Positions 9,527 to 18,739 of a stretch of 64,000 bases of DNA are shown one piece after another. Position 1 is the stretch's first letter. Each line of letters starts with the position of its first letter. Under the pieces are notes generated by a model. That model was not told where the DNA came from, did no database searches, and worked only from the letters and a program-made list of their open reading frames with translations. This DNA is from Acidobacteriota bacterium (GTDB lineage Bacteria; Acidobacteriota; UBA6911; RPQK01; JAJDTT01), in the NCBI GenBank assembly GCA_965217775.1, contig CBDCJH010000002.1, positions 3,424,001 through 3,488,000 on the forward strand, read 5' to 3'. Both the position numbers and the translations under genes were made by a program.

Positions 9527-11923
9527 ATGGAGAGTCTCATGAATGGAACCGGAACGGCTCGTGGTCTGGACCGATGGGTCCCAGTTCCGCTTGGCCTGCT
9601 TTTGGTCTTTGCCGGGCTCAGTGCCGGCCCTGTAGAGGCCTCCACCCCCGCCCCGGCAGGCGCCCCGAGCTGCGCCATCGTTCTGGGATCCCAGGCGCCG
9701 GAATTGGAGCGCTACGCCGCCCGCGAACTGCGCCGCTACCTGAGCGACCTGTACGGCATCCAGGCGGTCCCTCTCACTACCATTTCCCCTGAGGCGGACG
9801 TCAACCTGATCCTGGGCAGCCCGGGGACGAACCGGTCCGTCTCCCTGCTGATGGGCGAGCAGGGATGGCCCCAGGTCAGCGATCAGGGATTCGTCTTGAA
9901 GACCGTCTCCTGGAACGGCAAGCCGGCGGTGGTCGTGGGGGGAGGCAGCCCGGCGGCCACGCTCTGGGCCGTTTACGACTTGCTGGAGAACCTGGGCGTG
10001 CGGTTCCTCCTGGAAAAGGACGTGCTTCCCGCGAGTCCGGCCCAGTTCCCCCCCCGGGGCCTGGACCAGGTCCGGGAGCCACGCTTTCGTTTCCGCTCCT
10101 ACCGGGCCATCAACAACTTGGCGACGTCGCTCATCTTCTACGGAATGGACGACTACCGGCACCTCATCGATCAGTTGGCCAAGTTGAAGTTCAACGTCCT
10201 GTACTGTCAGATCTATCCCCACCAGCCCTTCGTCCATTTTCAATTTCGGGATCAGCCCAAGACGACCGGCGTGTTCCACTACGGATGGAAGGTGCCGATT
10301 CATGGCGAGACCATCGGGCGCGAGCTCTTCGGGGGGCGCAACGAGCTGGTGAACCCCGACATGGTCGGGGCCGAGACCTACGAGGAACGGGTTCGCGCCG
10401 CCCAGAAGCTCCTGCACGACCTGTTGGCCTACGCCAAGAGCCGGGGGATGAAGACCGGCATCAACTTCCGGATCAACCAGTTCACCAACGAGTTCAACTG
10501 GCGGCTCCCCGAATGGTCCGACCGGGAGTACGTCCCACGGGATTTGATGAAGGGCACGCACAACGGCCGGCTGGGCATCTCCGAGTACGGCGTCGACCCC
10601 ACGGCCTTCCCCTACATGACGCCGGACAACCCGGTGGTCACCGGTCTGAACAAGGCCATCATCCGGGCTCACATCAACACCTATCCGGAGGCGGACTTCT
10701 ACGGCCTGACCCAGCCCGAGAATCCGGGAGGCGGCGAGTATTACAAGGCCATGTGGAAGCGGCTGGACCGCAAATACAAGCTGGAGCCCCGATTCAGTCT
10801 GGAACGGATGGAGGAGTCGGCCCGAACCCATACCCTGCCCGTGGGCGTCCGCAGCCCAGGCCGGCCCCTGTATGAACTCAAGGGGGCCATCGCCAACGCC
10901 GACACTCTGGACAAGCTTCTCAACGAGGAGCGGATCCTGGAAGGGACTGCCAATCCGGACGCCACCGTCGTGGTCGCCACCTTCAGCGACGAGTTCTACC
11001 CGGTCATGCTCAAGATCTTCCCGGAACGTTCGCTGCTTCTGGTCCGGATGGACTACCTGACCTCGCTGGCGGCCCGCCGCACGGAGATGCTGTCCTTTGC
11101 CGGCGAGCATCCGGGACAGGTGGCCACTCTGGCGACTCTGGCGGACGACAACGTCGGCATCCTGCCCCAGCTCCCCACGCAGCCGCTCCACCGCATTATG
11201 CAGGCCATGGAACGGTACGGCGTTCACGGCTTCTTCGGCCGGCAGTTCCTGGTGACCAAGCTGGAAGCGGGAACGGCTTATCTGGCCCAGGCCTCCTGGT
11301 CCTCCGAGGTGACTCCCGAATCGGTCTATCGGGACCAGGTGGAACAGGTCTGCGGTGCGGATGCCGTCCCCGAGATGATGGAGTTCTACCGGACCCTGGA
11401 AAGGGCCACGGCCCGGGGGGACGAGATCGCCATGGGGTTCCTCTTTCCGGTCACCCGGATGATGCGCAAGCATTGGCACAGCCTGCAGGGTCCGGTCCCG
11501 GAATGGAACGAACTGAAGGCCTTCTACGTGGAGGCCGTCCCCCTGCTGGAGTCCGCTCTGGAGAAGACGCGGCCCGAGGGACGGAGCTATCTGGAGCAGC
11601 TCCTGGGGCAGGTCCGTTTCGGCGTCGACTACATCGAAGCCGTGCAGACGGTTCGCCGGGCCCGGGTCGAATACGACCTCTCCCAGCAGGCCTTCGTCGA
11701 GAAAGACGCCCGCAGCTTCGAGAAGCGGATCCGGGGAGCCCACGGGAGATTGGAGAGGGCGGTGGAGCTCCTCGGTTCGGGGATCCGGTCCTGGGCCGGC
11801 GCCGTCCGCGATCCTTCCGATCTGGGGGCCCTGGGCGTCCTCAACTACTTCTGCCGCGACTACCTCAAGGGGGTCGCCCTGGACGTCTACCTGGAAGCGG
11901 AAAACTGGAGAATGAAATTCTAA
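9527..11923 (+). CDS. Large exported protein with GH20/GH67-type N-terminal domain; putative glycoside hydrolase
   Basis: Signal peptide; ERYAARELRRYL, QGFVLK, ATLWAVYDLLE.LGVRF, P.FRFR, LAKLKFN pattern. Confidence 0.6.
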   Translation: MESLMNGTGTARGLDRWVPVPLGLLLVFAGLSAGPVEASTPAPAGAPSCAIVLGSQAPELERYAARELRRYLSDLYGIQAVPLTTISPEADVNLILGSPGTNRSVSLLMGEQGWPQVSDQGFVLKTVSWNGKPAVVVGGGSPAATLWAVYDLLENLGVRFLLEKDVLPASPAQFPPRGLDQVREPRFRFRSYRAINNLATSLIFYGMDDYRHLIDQLAKLKFNVLYCQIYPHQPFVHFQFRDQPKTTGVFHYGWKVPIHGETIGRELFGGRNELVNPDMVGAETYEERVRAAQKLLHDLLAYAKSRGMKTGINFRINQFTNEFNWRLPEWSDREYVPRDLMKGTHNGRLGISEYGVDPTAFPYMTPDNPVVTGLNKAIIRAHINTYPEADFYGLTQPENPGGGEYYKAMWKRLDRKYKLEPRFSLERMEESARTHTLPVGVRSPGRPLYELKGAIANADTLDKLLNEERILEGTANPDATVVVATFSDEFYPVMLKIFPERSLLLVRMDYLTSLAARRTEMLSFAGEHPGQVATLATLADDNVGILPQLPTQPLHRIMQAMERYGVHGFFGRQFLVTKLEAGTAYLAQASWSSEVTPESVYRDQVEQVCGADAVPEMMEFYRTLERATARGDEIAMGFLFPVTRMMRKHWHSLQGPVPEWNELKAFYVEAVPLLESALEKTRPEGRSYLEQLLGQVRFGVDYIEAVQTVRRARVEYDLSQQAFVEKDARSFEKRIRGAHGRLERAVELLGSGIRSWAGAVRDPSDLGALGVLNYFCRDYLKGVALDVYLEAENWRMKF

Positions 11924-11938
11924 CGGGATAGGGAATCG

Positions 11939-12997
11939 ATGAAATCGAGAATCTTTTCGGCCGACGAGTTGAGGGATCTGGCCCGGCGCATCTTCGCCGC
12001 CGCCGGCTCCAGTGAGCGGGAGGCGCTCAAAATTGCCACCCGCCTGGTGAAAAGCAACCTGGTGGGACACGACTCCCACGGGGTCATCCGAATCCCGCGC
12101 TACTGGGAGTGGATCAAGAAGGGCCTGGTCCTGCCCAACCGGAAAGTGACGTTCGTGTTGGACCGGGGTCCGATCGTGGTGCTCGACGGGAACAGCGGCT
12201 TCGGACAGTCGACCGGAGAGCAGACCATGGAGATCGCCATCGACCGGGCCCGGCGCCACGGTTGCAGCCTGGTGGGACTCCGAAACACGGGACACCTGGG
12301 GCGGATCGGCGATTGGCCCGAGATGGCGACTGCCGCCGGGATGCTCAGCCTGCACTTCGTGAACACCAGCGGAATGGGTAATCTGGTGGCGCCCTACGGC
12401 GGCAAGGACCGGCGCCTCTCCGCCAATCCCATCGCCTTCGGCGTTCCTCAGCGAGCGGGCCCTCCCCTGATCATGGACATGTCCGCCTGCATGATCGCCG
12501 AAGGGAAGGTCCGGGTGGCTCTCCACAAGGGCGTGCGAGTCCCCGACGGGTGCCTCATCGACTCGGAGGGCCGTCCCACCAACGATCCCGAACTCTTCTA
12601 CCGGCATCCTCCCGGTTCCATACTCCCCATTGCGGGACACAAGGGCTACATCCTGAGCTTCATGATCGAAATCCTGGCGGGAGCCCTCACCGGCGGATCG
12701 TGCACCAATCCCGCCTACGCCCACCAACTGGCCAACGGCATGTTCATCATCGTCATCGACCGGAGCTGGTTCGCGGACCGTGACGAGTTCTTCGACGAGG
12801 TCGACCGGTACGTCCGGTACGTGAAGAGTTCCCGCACCATCGATCCCGACGGTGAGATCCTCGTCCCCGGCGAGTTGGAGGTGCGCACGTCGGAGCGGCG
12901 GACGCGGGAGGGAGTTCCGCTGGCCGGGACCACCATCGGGCAGATCCTTCAAGTCTGCGAAGAGCTGAATATCGACTCGGGTTGGGAAACCGGCTGA
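11939..12997 (+). CDS. Ldh_2 (malate/L-lactate/ureidoglycolate dehydrogenase) family oxidoreductase
   Basis: GHDSHG, LDGNSGFGQ, HLGRIG, NPIAFG, GHKGY, ILVPGE. Confidence 0.9.
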   Translation: MKSRIFSADELRDLARRIFAAAGSSEREALKIATRLVKSNLVGHDSHGVIRIPRYWEWIKKGLVLPNRKVTFVLDRGPIVVLDGNSGFGQSTGEQTMEIAIDRARRHGCSLVGLRNTGHLGRIGDWPEMATAAGMLSLHFVNTSGMGNLVAPYGGKDRRLSANPIAFGVPQRAGPPLIMDMSACMIAEGKVRVALHKGVRVPDGCLIDSEGRPTNDPELFYRHPPGSILPIAGHKGYILSFMIEILAGALTGGSCTNPAYAHQLANGMFIIVIDRSWFADRDEFFDEVDRYVRYVKSSRTIDPDGEILVPGELEVRTSERRTREGVPLAGTTIGQILQVCEELNIDSGWETG

Positions 12998-13036
12998 CCG
13001 GACCGGTTCCTTCCCGTCCTCTCCGATAGATTCGCC

Positions 13037-13957
13037 ATGGGCCTGATGGATTGGATCAAGGCAGCCGACTATGACGCGGCCCTGCCCACCATCTCGAAGC
13101 TGCCCCGCGCTCTGGCCTACGACTTGGCCGATCTCCGGGGAAAATTGCTGACCTACTCGCGCCGGGACTCCTTTGCCTGGGCCTCGCGCAACGTCGAGTC
13201 GGTGTTTCCCCACCTCGATGCGGGTGAGCGCCGGCGGATCGTCAGCGGCCACTACCAGGTCGAATCCCGCGACGCGATGGAGGCGTTCTGGTACTCCAAG
13301 CCGCTGAGCCATCTCCAATCCTTCGTCCGTTGCAGCGGGCTGGACACCCTCCGGGAAGCCGCATCCTCCGGGGACGGTGTTCTCCTTTTTTCCAGCCACA
13401 TGGGGAGTACCGGCCTCTTCCTCGTCTTCGCCGGCAAGAGCGGAGTCCCCATGAACATCGTCGCGCGGTCCATCGAGCCCGAAGACAATCCCCTGCACCC
13501 CGCGGTGCTCCGCTACAGCAGGAAGCGGGTCCGTTGGATCGAAACGGCCATCGGGCATCCCCTTCTCGTAACCGGACGCGGGAACTACTCCCGGCTGGTG
13601 GAGAAACTTCGAGCCGGCGGGGTCGTCATGATGCTGATCGATGTCCTACCCACCCTGGCCAACCCGAAATACACGACGAAAGTCACCTTCTTCGGCCGGC
13701 GGGCCTGGTTCCCCAACGGCATCGCCAGCCTCTTCTTCACCACCGGATCCCGCCTTTTTCACTGGAGGATCCACAGAAACCAGGAGACGGGATACCAGGA
13801 GATCGAGATCTCCGAAGTGACCGACACTTTTCGCCCGGCCGCCGACCGGGCGCAATTCATGCAAAAGCTGGTGGGACTGCTGGAACAGGACATTCGCCGA
13901 TATCCCGATCACTGGCTGAGCTGGGACTCGCTGGGTCACTACTACCGGAAACCGTAA
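13037..13957 (+). CDS. Lysophospholipid/lipid A acyltransferase family (LpxL-like)
   Basis: SHMG, MLID, VTFFG, LEQDIRRYPDHW C-terminus. Confidence 0.75.
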   Translation: MGLMDWIKAADYDAALPTISKLPRALAYDLADLRGKLLTYSRRDSFAWASRNVESVFPHLDAGERRRIVSGHYQVESRDAMEAFWYSKPLSHLQSFVRCSGLDTLREAASSGDGVLLFSSHMGSTGLFLVFAGKSGVPMNIVARSIEPEDNPLHPAVLRYSRKRVRWIETAIGHPLLVTGRGNYSRLVEKLRAGGVVMMLIDVLPTLANPKYTTKVTFFGRRAWFPNGIASLFFTTGSRLFHWRIHRNQETGYQEIEISEVTDTFRPAADRAQFMQKLVGLLEQDIRRYPDHWLSWDSLGHYYRKP

Positions 13958-14092
13958 CGATAGGAGTCCAATGCGCCGTCCCCGATTCCAATTCGGGTGT
14001 CCCCTTCGACCCGTCTACCGCGCTTGCCGGAACGAATCGATCGACCGATCCGTATACCCTGAGAGACCGGTTCATTGGCAAATAGCGGCACC

Positions 14093-14524
14093 ATGACCCG
14101 ATGGATGGCCTTGGACGTGGGGTCCAAGCGATGCGGGGTTGCCGTGACCGACCCTCTGAAGCTGACGTCGCGTCCCTTGCTCACCTTTGAACGAGAAAGC
14201 TTGGAGAGGGATGTCGAAATGCTCACCGGGCTCATGCGCAAATACCAGGTGGAGAGGCTGATCGTGGGGCAGCCCCGGCACCTGAGCGGCCGGCCCAGCC
14301 CCATCGAACAAGCCGCCATCCCCCTGGTGGCCCGTTTGCGCAGGCAGGGGACGGTTCCGGTCGAGTGGATGGACGAACGCCTCTCGACCAAGGAGGCGGA
14401 ATCGATCATGCGGGAACTGCGGATCCCGCCCCACCGGCGGCGACAGAAGAAGGACGAGTTCTCGGCGGCAGTGATTCTGAAATGGTATCTGGAGGAGAGG
14501 GCGTCTCCCGGATTCCCCGGGTGA
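14093..14524 (+). CDS. ruvX: Pre-16S rRNA nuclease YqgF / Holliday junction resolvase-like
   Basis: ALDVGSKRCGVAVTD, DERLST, D..SAAVIL. Confidence 0.92.
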   Translation: MTRWMALDVGSKRCGVAVTDPLKLTSRPLLTFERESLERDVEMLTGLMRKYQVERLIVGQPRHLSGRPSPIEQAAIPLVARLRRQGTVPVEWMDERLSTKEAESIMRELRIPPHRRRQKKDEFSAAVILKWYLEERASPGFPG

Positions 14525-15519
14525 TTCGCGGACTGACGATCGCGATCCTGATTCTGGCCGGGACCGTTCTGGCCGCGGTCAACTGGTGGGAGTCTCGCGT
14601 CAGCGAACCTTATCTGGGACGTTCGACGGAAAACCGGCTTCTGACGGTCCCCTTCGGATCTTCGGTGAGAAGCATCGGCCAACTGCTCCAGGGCTCGGAC
14701 ATCATTCGTTCCGACCTCATTTTTGCAGCCTATGTCCGAATGAGCGGTCCCGACCCGCTCCAGGCGGGGGAATACCTTTTCGAGAATCCCATCAGCCTGA
14801 CCCAAGTGGTGCGGATGCTGAGGGAGGGACGGGTTCACCATTATCGCATCACGATCCCCGAAGGATTGACCATGGACGAGATCATCGACCGTTTCGTCCG
14901 GGAGGGATTGGGACAACGGCCCGAGTTGGAGCCTCTCATCGGGCGGACCGACCTTCTGGGCGGCCTGGATCCCGAGGCCACGGACCTGGAGGGATACCTC
15001 TTCCCCGACACCTATCACTTCACGCGTGCGCACCAGGAACCGGCGCTGGTCTCGGCGCTGGTGACCCGCTTCATGGAGGTCTGGACCCCCCTGCGACAGA
15101 AGCGCGCCGATGAACTGGGCCTCACCATTCGGGAAGTGATCACTCTGGCCTCCCTCATCGAGAAGGAGACGGCGCTCCCTGCCGAGCGGCCCCTGGTGTC
15201 CGCCGTGTTTCACAACCGGCTCCGGCGGAACCTCAAGCTGGATTGCGACCCCACCGTCATTTACGCCATCCGCAAAACCGGCGAATACGACGGAGTGCTT
15301 CACCAGAGCGATCTGGCCCTGGACTCTCCGTACAACACCTATCTCTACCCGGGCCTCCCTCCCGGCCCCATCGCCAACCCCGGGACCGCTTCCATCGATG
15401 CGGCACTGAATCCGGCGCCGGTCAGGCACCTCTACTTCGTCTCCAAGAACGACGGCAGCCACGTCTTCTCCACCAGCTACCGGGAACACCGGCGGGCCGT
15501 GCGCCGGTACCAGCGCTGA
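14521..15519 (+). CDS. mltG: Endolytic transglycosylase MltG
   Basis: LQAGEY, TIPEG, LEGYLFPDTY, ASLIEKE, SPYNTY..GLPPGPIANPG; GTGA overlap with ruvX. Confidence 0.93.
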   Translation: MIRGLTIAILILAGTVLAAVNWWESRVSEPYLGRSTENRLLTVPFGSSVRSIGQLLQGSDIIRSDLIFAAYVRMSGPDPLQAGEYLFENPISLTQVVRMLREGRVHHYRITIPEGLTMDEIIDRFVREGLGQRPELEPLIGRTDLLGGLDPEATDLEGYLFPDTYHFTRAHQEPALVSALVTRFMEVWTPLRQKRADELGLTIREVITLASLIEKETALPAERPLVSAVFHNRLRRNLKLDCDPTVIYAIRKTGEYDGVLHQSDLALDSPYNTYLYPGLPPGPIANPGTASIDAALNPAPVRHLYFVSKNDGSHVFSTSYREHRRAVRRYQR

Positions 15520-15608
15520 CTCGCAACTCGGAAGCGGCGAATCCCCGCCTCCAATTGGTTCAGCAGTCCGCCCCGGGCTGATAGACTGTCAACCAGGGAA
15601 CAGCCGGT

Positions 15609-16175
15609 ATGGGACACAAGCTGGTCTGGACGTCATTGACCCTCCTGGCTCTGGCCGCGACGCAGGTCGACGCGCAGAAGAGATTCGAACCTCCGATGCG
15701 CCTGGGCGTCCCGTTTCCGGCGGCGTGGAAGGCCATGCTGGAAGTCCTGCAAAGCCAGAAATGGAACCTGGTCAAGAAGGACAGGGGAAGGGGCGAGATC
15801 CTGACCGGCTACCGGGATTACATGTCGGGCCCCTTGACGGCCGGACATCTCGACAAGATCGGAGTCCGTCCCCGGCTGCCCGACGGGGAGTGGGTTCGGG
15901 TCCGCTATCGTTACGATCTGTCGGTCAGTCTGATCCGGGAGCGTCAGACCACGGTCACCGTCGACAGCGACATCCAGGCACTCAAACGCGATTTTCTGGG
16001 CCGTGAGGAGTGGGTGGAAATCGATTCCACCGGCCGGGTGGAGAAGCAGTTGCTGACTGCTTTCGGACAAGCCCTGTACGGCGCCGACTTCTCCCTGGAC
16101 AAGCGTCGCAAGGGTATTCTGGGGCTGCCTCCAATCGGGGAAGGGCCCACCCCCGCGAAGCCACCCGGAAATTGA
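15609..16175 (+). CDS. Hypothetical exported protein
   Basis: Signal peptide ending VDA; coding-like composition. Confidence 0.6.
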   Translation: MGHKLVWTSLTLLALAATQVDAQKRFEPPMRLGVPFPAAWKAMLEVLQSQKWNLVKKDRGRGEILTGYRDYMSGPLTAGHLDKIGVRPRLPDGEWVRVRYRYDLSVSLIRERQTTVTVDSDIQALKRDFLGREEWVEIDSTGRVEKQLLTAFGQALYGADFSLDKRRKGILGLPPIGEGPTPAKPPGN

Positions 16176-16317
16176 GAGGACAAAGACGGGAGGCGCCGGG
16201 GTGATCTTGAGGACGCCCGGCGCGACCGGGACCAGGGCATCGGCGAGCAGAACTGCCGATCGCGATGCCGAGCCGGTCGAACGGTTCGAAAACCTCTTCC
16301 AAGACTGCTGAATTCCA

Positions 16318-16986
16318 ATGGATCATCCCGTCCTTCGAATCGTGGACTTTCCCCTCTGGGTTGCCCTCTGGGTTTTTCTCGTCTCTTTTCTGGTATTCCT
16401 GCTGGTGGTCCGGGCTCGAATGCGAGCCCGGAAGTTCAGCCTCAAGGATTACTTCAGGGAGGAGTTCGATCGATACTACCGGGAGAAACTCGAGAAGACC
16501 TCCAGCAAGACGCGCCAAAAAGAATCCTGGACCGCCACCCGGAGCGAGTACCGCATCGTCTTCCAGGTCATGCTGCTTTCCATTCTGTTGGCGGTCGGCT
16601 CCTTCGTGGGCGTGAGTTTCGTGCCCATCCCCTATCTCAGGAATTGGACGGGGGTCGAGTCGATCGAGACCGAGCCCCTGAGACTGGTCTCCCTCTCCTA
16701 CGATCGATTCTATACGGGATTCTCCCTCAAGGGGGAGATCTGGAATCAGGGGCAGATTCCTCTGCAGGGACTCTCGGCGCGCGTCAGGATCTGGGGACGG
16801 GATGACGTGCTGCTGCAAGAAATCCTGGCCAAGGTCAAGCCGGACGTGCTGGACCCCGAGTCTTCGGGCGCCTTCGGTTTGAAGTACTCGGAGAAGTCCC
16901 CTTCCCTGCTCTACGGCTACGAAGTGGCCTTCATCGATTCCGACGGGGTCGAGACGCCGTACATCCGGGGATTCGATGCCCCCTGA
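16318..16986 (+). CDS. Hypothetical membrane protein with C-terminal FxLYD-like Ig domain
   Basis: Two TM segments; GEIWN...V.IWGRDD..L..PES..F pattern. Confidence 0.6.
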   Translation: MDHPVLRIVDFPLWVALWVFLVSFLVFLLVVRARMRARKFSLKDYFREEFDRYYREKLEKTSSKTRQKESWTATRSEYRIVFQVMLLSILLAVGSFVGVSFVPIPYLRNWTGVESIETEPLRLVSLSYDRFYTGFSLKGEIWNQGQIPLQGLSARVRIWGRDDVLLQEILAKVKPDVLDPESSGAFGLKYSEKSPSLLYGYEVAFIDSDGVETPYIRGFDAP

Positions 16987-18739
16987 GCCAGCCGGAACCG
17001 ATCGAGAGTGGGCCCTGACCACCTTGATCCCCTACCTGAGGCAGTACCGCGCCCGCATCGCTATCGGTGTGGCGATGGTCCTCATGACCAACGTGGCGGT
17101 GGTCATCACGCCCCAGATCCTCGGATCGGCCGTCGACGATCTCTCCGGCGGAGCCGACGCCGGTCTCCTTCTCCGCTACGCCGGACTGCTGCTGGCTCTG
17201 AGCTGCGCCGAGGGCCTTTTTCGATACCTGATGCGGTGGATCCTCATCGGCGTCTCGCGCCGGATCGAATTCGACCTGCGCAACGACCTCTTCCGGCACC
17301 TGCAGCGGCTCACGCCCTCCTTCTACCAGCGGCATTCCACGGGAGACGTGATGGCCCGGTCCACCAACGACCTGAGCGCCGTTCGAATGGTGCTGGGACC
17401 GGGCATCATGTACTCGGTCAACACCCTGTTCATGGTCATCCTTACCGTCACCATACTGATTCGGACCGATGCCGGCTTGGCTCTTCTCACCTTGGCGCCC
17501 CTCCTGCTCGTCTCCTGGTGCGTCAAGTTCTTCGGCAGGAAGATCCACCAGAGATTCGAGAAGATCCAGGAACAGTTCTCGATGCTCACGACCCTGGTTC
17601 AAGAGAACGTCTCGGGGATTCGAGTCGTCAAGGCCTACAATCAGGAATCCGCCTTCGTGGGCCGGTTTCGGGACGCCAACCGGGAATACATGAAGCGGAG
17701 CATGGCCCTGGTCAGAGTCTGGGGGGTCTTCTATCCGCTGTTGGCCTTTCTCCTGGGCCTGTCGGCCGTCTTTCTCCTCTGGTACGGCGGACGACAGGTC
17801 ATGGACGGGGCTCTGTCACTCGGCGACCTGGTCTCGTTCATCTTCTACCTGGCCCGGCTGACCTGGCCCACCATCGCCCTGGGATGGGTCATCAACACCT
17901 TCGAGCGGGGGTCCGCTTCGATGGGCAGGATCAACCGGATTCTGACGACTCAGCCGGACGTGACGGATGCGGGAACCCTTCCGGTCGAGGCCATCGAGGG
18001 TCGGGTGGAGGTCAATAGTCTCACCTTTTCCTACGACGGAATGCCGGTCTTGAAGGAGCTGGAATTCGAACTGCCCCCCGGAAACACCCTCGCCATCGTG
18101 GGCAGCACCGGCAGCGGGAAATCCACCTTGGTGCATCTTCTCTGCCGCCTCTATCCGGTGCCTCGGGGCCGGATTCTCATCGATGGGACGGACGTCAACG
18201 ACATTCCGCTGACCACTCTGCGACGGAGCATCGGCTGCGTTCCCCAGGACACGTTCCTCTTTTCCGAATCGATCCGGAACAACCTGACCTTCGGAGTCCC
18301 GGACGCCTCCGGCCAATCCATCCGGGAGGCTGCGCACACCAGCAACATCCTGAGAGAGATCCAAGGCTTCCCCGACCAGATGTCCACCTTCGTCGGTGAG
18401 AGAGGGCTGACGCTGTCAGGTGGTCAGAAACAACGGATGACCATTGCCAGAGCGCTCCTGACGGACCCCAAAATCCTGATCCTGGACGACTCGCTGTCCA
18501 GTGTGGACACCTACACGGAGGAGGAGATCCTGAAACGGCTCGCTCCCGTCATCGCCAGCAGGACCACCATCCTCATCTCCCATCGCATTTCGACGGTCAA
18601 GGGGGCAGACCAGATCCTGGTGATGGATCGAGGCCGAATCGTTCAGCGAGGCCGCCACCGCGAGTTGCTCCCGGCCGCCGGTCCCTACGCCGAAATGCAC
18701 CGGAAGCAGTTGCTGGAACAGGAGTTGGGAATCGCATGA
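16976..18739 (+). CDS. ABC exporter half-transporter (TMD-NBD), heterodimer subunit 1
   Basis: GSTGSGKS, LSGGQ, degenerate Walker B ILILDD. Confidence 0.92.
   Translation: MPPEPAGTDREWALTTLIPYLRQYRARIAIGVAMVLMTNVAVVITPQILGSAVDDLSGGADAGLLLRYAGLLLALSCAEGLFRYLMRWILIGVSRRIEFDLRNDLFRHLQRLTPSFYQRHSTGDVMARSTNDLSAVRMVLGPGIMYSVNTLFMVILTVTILIRTDAGLALLTLAPLLLVSWCVKFFGRKIHQRFEKIQEQFSMLTTLVQENVSGIRVVKAYNQESAFVGRFRDANREYMKRSMALVRVWGVFYPLLAFLLGLSAVFLLWYGGRQVMDGALSLGDLVSFIFYLARLTWPTIALGWVINTFERGSASMGRINRILTTQPDVTDAGTLPVEAIEGRVEVNSLTFSYDGMPVLKELEFELPPGNTLAIVGSTGSGKSTLVHLLCRLYPVPRGRILIDGTDVNDIPLTTLRRSIGCVPQDTFLFSESIRNNLTFGVPDASGQSIREAAHTSNILREIQGFPDQMSTFVGERGLTLSGGQKQRMTIARALLTDPKILILDDSLSSVDTYTEEEILKRLAPVIASRTTILISHRISTVKGADQILVMDRGRIVQRGRHRELLPAAGPYAEMHRKQLLEQELGIA

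Noticed and set aside
9254-13558. 1434-aa minus-strand ORF and similar long antisense ORFs (1972..4806, 48296..50371, 27097..28797)
   Set aside because: Shadow ORFs opposite well-supported genes, expected at high GC3; no recognisable motifs
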